A DNA stretch of 38,721 nt. Origin: an uncultured archaeon. Lineage in GTDB: Archaea; Asgardarchaeota; Lokiarchaeia; Sigyniarchaeales; SOKP01. The stretch is taken from contig CAZGJX010000030.1 in NCBI GenBank assembly GCA_964525635.1, positions 1 through 38,721 of the forward strand. The letters are read 5' to 3'. Within the stretch, counting starts at the first letter, position 1. Each line of letters begins with the position of its first letter. The notes beneath the pieces were generated by a model. It ran no database searches. It had not been told where the DNA came from and saw nothing but the letters and a program-made list of their open reading frames with translations. Positions 9,171 through 17,533 of this stretch are shown piece by piece. The position numbers and the translations under genes are program-made.

Positions 9171-10073
9171 TTATTTTAAATTGAAAAATCTAATAGCATT
9201 TTTGATTGTTTTTTTACTCACAATTTTTTGATCAATTTTATGTGAATATGCTATTGCTGCAATTGAATATTTAACATTTGTTGGAACATTCAATGGTCCT
9301 CTTTTGAAGGGATGTTGATAGTAGCTATCTGTCTCTGTTAATAATGATTCAAGTGGAGCTTCATTTGTTATTTCCCTCCATCGTTTAAAACCATATGCAG
9401 AACTAGGTACAGATAAAAGAAAACCTTTTTCAACTAGAATACGGCTATATTTTTTAGGACCAGAAAAACAATGAAACAATACTTTTCTTGGATCTATTTT
9501 AAATTCATTTATCATTCGAAGTATTTCTTTTGTTGCACTATCATCTTGATTATATCGATGGTCAGGATTGTTTTTATCATGATCCTGATTTGAAGGATTT
9601 CTAATATGAAGAACATATGGTTTATTTAAATCTCTTGTTAAATTAAAGATTTTCTCCAGTTCTTCTATTTGTCTATTTCGTTTTTCTAAAGATTTAGCAT
9701 GATGGAAATCAAGGCCAATTTCTCCTATTGCTAAATATTCTTCTTGATTATCCAATATATAATTTTTCCATTCTTCCCAGAATTTATTATAAATATCTTT
9801 AGATGTAAATGTTACTGTTTGGGGAGCCCAACCACAAGTAAAACCATAATTATCTCTGTATTTTTCTTTGAACTTTATTGTCAAGTTCAAAGTTTTCATA
9901 TCAATAGTGCTTGTTATTAAGTATAATCCTCCATTCTCGAAATATTCTTTAAATTGAATATCGTTTGATGGTAAGGAATCATTTTTCTTAGGTCTAGGAA
10001 ATGGTAGATGACAATGAACATCAATGAATTTAAGATTTTCTTCTGGTTGTGGTATTTTGTTTTTTTGTGACAT
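9171..10073 (-). CDS. tatD: TatD-family metal-dependent hydrolase/DNase
   Basis: Motifs: IDVHCH, AIGEIGLDF, VLHIR, FHCFSG, LLTETDS. The usual GxHP is GWAP here. ATG at 10073 preferred over TTG at 10085. Confidence 0.93.
   Translation of the reverse strand: MSQKNKIPQPEENLKFIDVHCHLPFPRPKKNDSLPSNDIQFKEYFENGGLYLITSTIDMKTLNLTIKFKEKYRDNYGFTCGWAPQTVTFTSKDIYNKFWEEWKNYILDNQEEYLAIGEIGLDFHHAKSLEKRNRQIEELEKIFNLTRDLNKPYVLHIRNPSNQDHDKNNPDHRYNQDDSATKEILRMINEFKIDPRKVLFHCFSGPKKYSRILVEKGFLLSVPSSAYGFKRWREITNEAPLESLLTETDSYYQHPFKRGPLNVPTNVKYSIAAIAYSHKIDQKIVSKKTIKNAIRFFNLK
9174..9652. repeat. Direct repeat copy 2 (within intact tatD)
   Basis: Matches 4344-4822 without gaps. Confidence 0.95.
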
Positions 10074-10335
10074 GATAAAAATCAATAAATGATATTGTAT
10101 ATTAGAGAATGATTTTTAAATTATAATTTTTATTTAAAATTTTTACACACAAATCAAAAGACTAAATTAGTAAAAATTATCAAAATTGAAAAGATTGAGG
10201 GCTATTTCATCAGTTTTCAGCTATCATTTTTAAACTTTAATTTTTAGTTATATTTATTAATGTAGATTTTTATGAGATTTAATGGGTATAAAAATTTGGG
10301 TTATAATAAGTAATAATTTACCTATATGAGGAGTC

Positions 10336-10584
10336 ATGAGTATATTTAAAAAATTCTATCTTGCAAAATTTAGAGGAAAATTGAGACAGAACCTAAGATT
10401 TGAGAATTTTTCTTTAGATGAGGCTTTACAAGAATTATTAGATCATATTCCTCTAAATGATGATGGTATAATTGAAGTATACAAAATAGACTTCTTTACT
10501 GATAAAAAAACTCTAATTAAAAAATTTGTACTAGTTAGTGAATTGTTCTTAACAGAAAGAAAATTAGAAACTCTTCTTGTTTAA
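10336..10584 (+). CDS. Small hypothetical protein (82 aa)
   Basis: GAGGAG ribosome-binding-like sequence just upstream of the ATG; protein-like composition. Confidence 0.7.
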   Translation: MSIFKKFYLAKFRGKLRQNLRFENFSLDEALQELLDHIPLNDDGIIEVYKIDFFTDKKTLIKKFVLVSELFLTERKLETLLV

Positions 10585-10683
10585 AATATTTGATATAGTA
10601 AAATACATATCATACATGTATTATTTCATTATTTATTTGACTTTGAAAAATCATTTTATTAATAATCATATGACTAAAATAAA

Positions 10684-10833
10684 ATGGAAATAATCGAATC
10701 TGATATAGAAATTGAAATTCTTAATTCTAAATTAAGATTGTTATCTTGGTTATATGAAGAGCTAAAATATTTCTCGGCAGAAATAAAACAAAAAATAAAA
10801 CAAAAAGGTCGAGAATTACCCCTTAATTTATAA
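10684..10833 (+). CDS. Putative 49-aa helical microprotein, not in the ORF track
   Basis: Hand translation: MEIIESDIEIEILNSKLRLLSWLYEELKYFSAEIKQKIKQKGRELPLNL*. Amphipathic, and co-oriented with its neighbours in an otherwise stop-rich region. Confidence 0.5.
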   Translation: MEIIESDIEIEILNSKLRLLSWLYEELKYFSAEIKQKIKQKGRELPLNL

Positions 10834-10994
10834 AAAGTTATATTTCGATAATATAACTTATATTAAAAATAAGGAATCACGATTTATTTTCTAAAATCAG
10901 CTTTAAATTACGTGCAAGTATTCGATTGTTTGGAAAAATAATAATTTAAAAATGATGATTAAAATTAATTTTATAAAATAATGCTGTAATAAAA

Positions 10995-11906
10995 ATGTCA
11001 GATAAAATTTCTTTATTTAATAAAAGGTTTCTTTTTCTTTTAATTTCATTTATTATATCATTTTTTTTTATTGGTTTGATAATTTTTCTAGCAAGTCCAA
11101 GTACAAAAGGAGTTTTATTTGGATTAGAAATGCCTCCAGAGTTTGTATCACATTTTATTAATCTATTACCAGGTCCTCTATGGACGGATATATTATTTTT
11201 ATATGGAGCTCCTATTTTAATGTTTATTATTATATCTTTTATCGCACCATATACTAATAAAGGATTTGTAAAAATACATCGTATTTTTTATATATTCAGA
11301 CAGAAACCATTCTATGGATTATGTCTTCCCTCGACAAAAATTTATGCTTCGAAATTAATTTTCCGTTCAATTATGGCAGGTTTTTTATCATTTGTCATAT
11401 CAGCTTATTTTGTACAGATAGGTTTAGGTCATTTATTTCGATATGGATATGCTCCATCTGAATTATTTGTTGCAGAAGCTACATTCTTAGGTACATTCTT
11501 TTTTCTTCCATTTGTCCTACTATTATTTTTTATTTTATGGGCTCTAGAAGACTCAGGAATTGTATCTTATAGAACATTTAAAGATAAAAGAAAAAATGTT
11601 GACATTAATGGAGTATATAAAATATATAAGGGATTTGTAGAATATACTGTAGGATTTTCAACACTGATTCTTTATTATGTCATTACAAATGATGCATTAA
11701 TAAAACATAATCCAGGAGATCCTGCATTCTTAATTCCTTTAATTTTATTTTTTCTACCATTTATTATATGTGGATTCTGTGCAATTCCTATATTTTTATA
11801 TGAAAAATACTTTGATAGAACATTAAAACGAGTAAAACTTTATCTTAAAAATCAGGGATATAATGAAATTAATATACCAGAATTTGAAAATATAGAGATT
11901 AGATAA
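10995..11906 (+). CDS. Uncharacterised membrane protein with about 6 TM helices; homologous to the C-terminal membrane domain of 22940..25561
   Basis: Six hydrophobic segments. WALEDSGIVSYR matches YLLDDAGIVYFR in the 873-aa protein. Confidence 0.85.
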   Translation: MSDKISLFNKRFLFLLISFIISFFFIGLIIFLASPSTKGVLFGLEMPPEFVSHFINLLPGPLWTDILFLYGAPILMFIIISFIAPYTNKGFVKIHRIFYIFRQKPFYGLCLPSTKIYASKLIFRSIMAGFLSFVISAYFVQIGLGHLFRYGYAPSELFVAEATFLGTFFFLPFVLLLFFILWALEDSGIVSYRTFKDKRKNVDINGVYKIYKGFVEYTVGFSTLILYYVITNDALIKHNPGDPAFLIPLILFFLPFIICGFCAIPIFLYEKYFDRTLKRVKLYLKNQGYNEINIPEFENIEIR

Positions 11907-12006
11907 TCATAAATGTAAGTAAATTATTTGAGTCAATCTTTTTTTTATAATATACAAAGATTTTAAAAAAAGTTAAAAAATAAAATAATTTGAAATAAAA
12001 AAAATA

Positions 12007-12423
12007 CTATTCTTCAGATTCAGCTGCCATAGCTTTTAGTAATTTTGATAATTGTTTTTCTATACCTTTTATCTCTTTATCAATAACTCCGATTCTTGAT
12101 TTCTTTTCCTTCTCGATATCATTTAATTTATTCTTAAGTGCTTTAGCTTTTTCTTTCTTTAATGTATCAACCTTTTTGGTTAAATCTTTAACGAGAGTAG
12201 TTAATTCTTTTTCTTTTGTATTCCATTCTTCCGCTTTTTGAGTAGCTTCATCTAAATTGCTTTGCTCAGTTTTTAGAGTATCCCTTGTAGTCTTAATCTT
12301 CTCATCAAAATCAGCTTCGATTTCTCTCTCTGCTGAAGCTTCTTTTTTGGTAATTTCTTCTTCTATTTTTGTTATTTCATCTTGTTTTTCACTAATTTGA
12401 TTTCTTAATTCTTCCTCAGACAT
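12007..12423 (-). CDS. All-coiled-coil hypothetical protein
   Basis: E/K-rich heptad pattern throughout. ATG at 12423 (MSEEELR) preferred over TTG at 12450. Confidence 0.85.
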   Translation of the reverse strand: MSEEELRNQISEKQDEITKIEEEITKKEASAEREIEADFDEKIKTTRDTLKTEQSNLDEATQKAEEWNTKEKELTTLVKDLTKKVDTLKKEKAKALKNKLNDIEKEKKSRIGVIDKEIKGIEKQLSKLLKAMAAESEE

Positions 12424-12569
12424 AATTATATCTACCTTTTTATTGATCAATTTAAGTTTTTTTAATTAAAGAATTATGAATATGAATATAATTAAATTGT
12501 ATTTATAATTTTTAATTATTCCTTTTTCAAAATTAATTGAATAAAATTAAATAAGCGCTATTATTTCTA

Positions 12570-13040
12570 TTAAAAGATATTGTTAAATATTACTTTATCA
12601 TAATCAGATTTATTTAATTCCAATAATTTAGCAATCCCTTTATTCTTAAGAATTTTATTAATCTTTATTGTATTGCTACTCAGTTTATTATAGAATTTTT
12701 CTTTTAATATATTTAATCCATCTATAGATAAATTAATTGTTTCAATAAAAAAGTCTTTTTCTCTAAATTTTGGAATTAATTGAGACTTTGCTTCTAAGTT
12801 GTGTAAACTGTTTAGAAACTTTTCCACCGTCTCAGGAACTTTCTTATACAGAACATCTGGGATATAATATTGTAATAATTTTCCAAAATCATTTCCAATT
12901 TGGTTGAATAATAAACTTAAATCTCCATTATTCACATCGATAGATAATTCTGATTTTTTACCAAGTATATCATCTAATATTTTAAAAATAGTTGTTAATA
13001 CATCATGATTAATACTATAGAAATAGCCTTTTTTCGTCAT
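12570..13040 (-). CDS. Hypothetical helical protein, translationally coupled to the upstream gene
   Basis: 156-aa ORF whose start overlaps the upstream stop (TAATG) at 13040. Confidence 0.75.
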   Translation of the reverse strand: MTKKGYFYSINHDVLTTIFKILDDILGKKSELSIDVNNGDLSLLFNQIGNDFGKLLQYYIPDVLYKKVPETVEKFLNSLHNLEAKSQLIPKFREKDFFIETINLSIDGLNILKEKFYNKLSSNTIKINKILKNKGIAKLLELNKSDYDKVIFNNIF

Positions 13041-13390
13041 TACAGAGTGGGCAAAACCACTATGTGCACTCCGCGTATATATTTGAATTTTTCAACCATT
13101 TGTTCAGAATTATCTAATAAAACCTTAATACTATTGAAGAAACTTAAATTTTCTTCATAAATCTTTTTTAAAGATTTTGATTTTTCAAATAAATTATCAA
13201 AAATAGTTACTAATTGATTATATTCTTCAATAGTAATTATGTTATCATTATTTATTATTTTTTCATATTCTAAATAATTTTCTCTTAATTCTTTTATAAT
13301 TTTATTTAATTGATTCAAGATTTCTAGATATTCATTTATTAAGATATATTCATTTTCTCTAAAATCATTAAAAAAATCAGTATTATACAT
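13040..13390 (-). CDS. Hypothetical helical/coiled-coil protein
   Basis: 116-aa ORF, acidic and Asn-rich amphipathic helices, with a TAATG overlap to the next gene. Confidence 0.7.
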   Translation of the reverse strand: MYNTDFFNDFRENEYILINEYLEILNQLNKIIKELRENYLEYEKIINNDNIITIEEYNQLVTIFDNLFEKSKSLKKIYEENLSFFNSIKVLLDNSEQMVEKFKYIRGVHIVVLPTL

Positions 13391-13536
13391 TTTAAGATTT
13401 TAACTCTTACATCGATTTTCTAATATATGATAATATAGTCATATCTTTAAAGCTTTGGTTTGATACAAATATTAATCTTAAATAATGATTAAATAGAAAA
13501 AGTTGTAATAATTAGAATTAAGACTTTATAAATTAT

Positions 13537-14052
13537 TTAATCTTCAAGTAAAAATTCCCATGCACAATAATAGTTATCAGGATGCTTATCAGGAGGGCAT
13601 GTTAAGCATTTCGTTTTTATTCTTGAATCTATGGTTTTAGCAAATTCCGAATATTCAATGATACCTACAGATTTACATGGAAAGTCAGGTAATCCCTTAA
13701 TTTTTCGAGCCGATTGTACTCGGCAATTATTCATCCTAAAAACACATCGATTTTTTGAAATTTCAATTATTTCTTGTTTGTTAATATTAGCATAAACTCT
13801 ATATTTTAAAGCTTTTATTAGAGCAGGAATGCCTTCTTTTTCAGGAATTTCAAATTTTTTCATAATCCGCTTGGCTTCTATAGGACTAAAAATCTTCCAT
13901 GATTCTTTATCTAATTGCATTGCAATATCGAGCCCGTATTTCTTTTCAACAGCAACAAACCATGTCCCATCTATGGCCAGCCAGTTTTTCGAAATATCTT
14001 CTATATATTCAATTAATTCTTCTTTTGAGAGTTTTTCTAAATCTTCCTTCAT
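13537..14052 (-). CDS. DUF6125-family protein (Cys-containing, ATC-hydrolase/V4R-like fold family)
   Basis: Motif pattern recognised from memory: KNWLAIDGTWFxAVE, CRVQxARxxKGLxDFPCKxVG, CxxCPPDxHP..YCAWEF. Confidence 0.85.
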   Translation of the reverse strand: MKEDLEKLSKEELIEYIEDISKNWLAIDGTWFVAVEKKYGLDIAMQLDKESWKIFSPIEAKRIMKKFEIPEKEGIPALIKALKYRVYANINKQEIIEISKNRCVFRMNNCRVQSARKIKGLPDFPCKSVGIIEYSEFAKTIDSRIKTKCLTCPPDKHPDNYYCAWEFLLED

Positions 14053-14240
14053 AATTAAAATTAGCTCTTTTCAATTCTATCTTGATTATTAATCTAATGA
14101 AGTAATCAATTATAATTAATAAAAATGAGCCAAATCCTATTAAATAAAAATTATTAACAACTCCAAGTTGAATTAAAATAAGTTCTAAAATTATTTATGT
14201 AATAATTTATATTTAACAAGATTAATTCTATGATTTAAAC

Positions 14241-15554
14241 ATGCATAATAAATATATTTTTCATATAATAATTGCAAATCTTTTTTGGAGTTTTGTTCCT
14301 GTATTAGTGTCTGGATTATTTAATTCTACATCAATAATTATGGTTGTTTTTTTAAGGTTTTTTCTTTCTGGAGTTATATTATTTTTATTATCAATAATTT
14401 TAATTTTTTATAATAATAAATTTACAGATAAAAATAAAATATCTATAAGACAAGTCCTTAAACATATATTAGAAAAGAATGAAGGTTTCTCAAATCTTAG
14501 ATATATTATATATTTTTTATTACTGGGTTTTTTTGGGATAATATTACATATTTTTGGATATTTTTTCGCATTAAAGATAACATCAATATCATTTGCCTTA
14601 ATAGGATTTCAATTAAGTATAATTATCATAGCTTTTTATGAACATGGAATAAGATTAGAAAGATTAGATATCTTTAAAACACTTTATCTTCTTATTCTAA
14701 TTTTTAGTATTTCAATTATTATATACATAAAACTTCAAGATCCAGTGAAATCAAGTATTTCTTCTTCATTTACAGGATGGTTTTATATTATTTTATTTGC
14801 TGTATGTGTATCTTTTTTACATATTGGTGTTAGGAAAGATATTTATACTCCTCTTGAAGTCAAATTAATTAACAAAAACGTTAATTTTAAGATGATCAGG
14901 ATGTTAATTAAGATCTCCCTTATTTTTCTATTGGGTATCGCTACATTATTTCCATTTATTATTTTAATGTATTTATTTCCTATTGAAAATAACTTAAATA
15001 ATGAAATAATCATTTTTTTCGAAGAATTTTCAAATATCTTCAATATATTATTTAGTTGGGATATGATTACATTAGTAATTTTCTCCACAATTATTCCATA
15101 TGTATTAATGTTTATTGCTAGTGTATATTGGAGCCCTTATAATTTAACATATAGTCAATGGATTAGCATTCTAACAGTTATCGAACCCACATGTGCATTA
15201 TTGATAGGAGTGATCTTTACTGGCGAATATTTTCCAGTAGAATTTCTTATTATTGTTATATTTTTATTAACAATCTCAATTTTATTTAGATATGCTCATG
15301 AAACAAGAAATAAAGTAAATGCATATATTTTATTAAATATTAGACAAGGATTACTAAATATTCTGCCAATTAAACTAATAAAACTTAATGGAGTATGTTG
15401 TGTACAATCTTTAATTGGAACCTATGATTTATTATTAAATATCAAAACTAATTCAATAAAAGATATTTATAATCTAATAAATAAAGATATAAGAAAAATT
15501 GATGGAATCAAGAAAATAGATATTTTATTTATTGATAAAATTAAAAAAATTTAA
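14241..15554 (+). CDS. DMT/EamA-family transporter with a fused C-terminal Lrp/AsnC ligand-binding (RAM) domain
   Basis: About 10 TM helices with EamA-like motifs (LFWSF.P, VFLRF..SG, SILTVIEP..A...G.IF.GE). The C-terminal AYILL...V.SLIGTYDLLL.I...IRKIDGI matches an AsnC-type domain. Confidence 0.85.
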   Translation: MHNKYIFHIIIANLFWSFVPVLVSGLFNSTSIIMVVFLRFFLSGVILFLLSIILIFYNNKFTDKNKISIRQVLKHILEKNEGFSNLRYIIYFLLLGFFGIILHIFGYFFALKITSISFALIGFQLSIIIIAFYEHGIRLERLDIFKTLYLLILIFSISIIIYIKLQDPVKSSISSSFTGWFYIILFAVCVSFLHIGVRKDIYTPLEVKLINKNVNFKMIRMLIKISLIFLLGIATLFPFIILMYLFPIENNLNNEIIIFFEEFSNIFNILFSWDMITLVIFSTIIPYVLMFIASVYWSPYNLTYSQWISILTVIEPTCALLIGVIFTGEYFPVEFLIIVIFLLTISILFRYAHETRNKVNAYILLNIRQGLLNILPIKLIKLNGVCCVQSLIGTYDLLLNIKTNSIKDIYNLINKDIRKIDGIKKIDILFIDKIKKI

Positions 15555-15575
15555 AAAACAAAAAATTGAACAAAA

Positions 15576-15821
15576 ATGACGATAAAAGCCCTTATATTTT
15601 GCAAAATATCTCATAAATCCATGTCAAATGTATTAAATAAGCTTAATCAAGTTCCAGAAATAAAAAAAGTATTTTCATTAACAGGAGATTATGATATATG
15701 TGCGGAAATTGAAGTAGATTCTATGGATATATTGTATAATTCTTTTGCAAAAAAGATTGATCCAATTGAAGGTATATTAAATACAAATACACATATGATT
15801 ATGAAAGAATTTATAAAATAA
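15576..15821 (+). CDS. Stand-alone Lrp/AsnC ligand-binding domain protein (no HTH)
   Basis: KALIFCKI...PEIKKVFSLTGDYDICAEIEV...IDPIEGILNTNTHMI; 81 aa; 21 bp downstream of the DMT gene. Confidence 0.9.
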   Translation: MTIKALIFCKISHKSMSNVLNKLNQVPEIKKVFSLTGDYDICAEIEVDSMDILYNSFAKKIDPIEGILNTNTHMIMKEFIK

Positions 15822-15874
15822 TCAATAAAAAATATAATCAATTTCTTTTCCTCTAACAAAATTCATGTTTAGAC

Positions 15875-16690
15875 TCATTCATCATTAAATATAGATATTG
15901 CTGGATTAATATCTAATTCAATAGAAATACCCGAATCTTGATTATGACTTGCATCTATTACTTTTTTATGTTTTTGATAAAATTTTTTGGTTGCAACTTG
16001 TAATTTTCGTTTTAATTCAATGGAATTATAATCACTAATCAAAATACCTGTTATTCCCTTATATGGTTCTAGTAAAATTGACCGTCTATCCTTTATCATT
16101 TGACGCATAGTTCCTGACTCCTTAATAATATGGTTTGTGATAATCGAAATAGAAGTTAAAGCTCCACCATAAATATCAATCAAATCTTTACTTATACCAT
16201 CCTCTATATTTTCTTCATATATATGTTTAGCAATAAATGTGCTATTAAAATTATCCATAAACAATAGGATCTGTGGTTTTGCTGGTTTAAAATAAGTATT
16301 GTTAAACTTCATAATATCTTTTGTAGAGACCACACCAACAGCTTTTCTATTTTCAGAAATTAAAACTCGTTTATAATTATTTTCTGTTAAAAATCTAATG
16401 ATCTTATCAATAGGGGTTTTAACATCGATTAATTCTACAGGTCCTTTCATAATATCCTTAATCAGTATTTCTGCCATATCCTCCTTATATAACCCCCCTT
16501 CATTAAGAAATTGAATAATATCTGTTTTAGTAATGATATAATATTCATTCTGCTTTTCATTATAGATAAAAATGGCAGATATTTTATGTATATCAAGTAA
16601 TTCAATAGCATCTTTTAATTTTGAATTTTTATCTAACATAATAACGTGTGGAGTCATAATCTCCTTAGCGACTGTAGATTCGATATCCAT
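15875..16690 (-). CDS. CBS-domain pair fused to a C-terminal longin-like domain
   Basis: CBS repeats: VAKEIMTPHV...IITKTDI and IKDIMKGPV...GVVSTKDI. The C-terminal about 130 aa has a beta-beta-alpha-beta-beta-beta-alpha pattern (DIYGGALTSI; SILLEP; GILISD; LKRKLQ..TKKFYQKH). ATG at 16690 preferred over TTG at 16702. Confidence 0.85.
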   Translation of the reverse strand: MDIESTVAKEIMTPHVIMLDKNSKLKDAIELLDIHKISAIFIYNEKQNEYYIITKTDIIQFLNEGGLYKEDMAEILIKDIMKGPVELIDVKTPIDKIIRFLTENNYKRVLISENRKAVGVVSTKDIMKFNNTYFKPAKPQILLFMDNFNSTFIAKHIYEENIEDGISKDLIDIYGGALTSISIITNHIIKESGTMRQMIKDRRSILLEPYKGITGILISDYNSIELKRKLQVATKKFYQKHKKVIDASHNQDSGISIELDINPAISIFNDE

Positions 16691-17016
16691 ATTATTCACC
16701 AAATTAAATAATGAAGATATTAATTTAAATTTAAGAACTAGAGAATATATATAAAAAAAATTATTTTAACTATTAATTTTTTAGCCATTTTAATGAGTTT
16801 ATTATTTAGAAAAGAAAAATAAATATAAATAAAAATTAAATTTATTATAACTAAGTTAGATGGTTATTTAACGTCCTTATTTATTCTTTATAGAATTTCT
16901 TTATTTTTTACTTAATTAATGTAAATTAAATTTATAGGTTTTTTATATTTCCAAAACAGTTCACTTTAGAATTGATAAATATATATTTATACTAATGATA
17001 AAAAGAGATGATAAAA

Positions 17017-17181
17017 ATGAATTTATTTTGTGAAGAATGTGGGAAAGAAATGGCTATTCCAGTTTGTTGTGATAAATCCATGATAATTAAAGATAATTAT
17101 TTATTATGTTGTTGTTCTAAAGAATGTGGATATCAATCAATCCCAGAATGTTGTGGTAAACCAATGCATTTAAATGAATAA
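17017..17181 (+). CDS. 54-aa Cys-rich microprotein with two desulforedoxin-like motifs, not in the ORF track
   Basis: Hand translation: MNLFCEECGKEMAIPVCCDKSMIIKDNYLLCCCSKECGYQSIPECCGKPMHLNE*. Ten Cys and an internal repeat. There is an alternative in-frame ATG at 17008. Confidence 0.85.
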   Translation: MNLFCEECGKEMAIPVCCDKSMIIKDNYLLCCCSKECGYQSIPECCGKPMHLNE

Positions 17182-17533
17182 TTGAAATTGATCTGAATCT
17201 AAATATTTTTTAAAATGAAGAAAAAAGGTTTTTTAATTATTTTATTTCTTTTTTATGTATATTTAAACCACAATTATTGAAATTCCTAACAAAAGACTAA
17301 AAGTTATAATTTAATATTCTAATAAAAATCAATCTTAAAAATTCAGAACTTATAGATCATTATACAAGTTAAAAAATCAAAACAAAAATCCTCATCAAAA
17401 TTATTATTTATTTGGCTTTAAAAATTTTTTATATTCCTATAATATTACTGCTAAAGTGATTTATAACATAAAATTTTATATATGATTAGCTTTTATTTTT
17501 AATATAATCCAATTATAAAAAATTGACAATAAT

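Noticed and set aside
13829-15088. ORFs 13829..14092 (+) and 14843..15088 (-)
   Set aside because: Antisense shadows of the DUF6125 and DMT genes.
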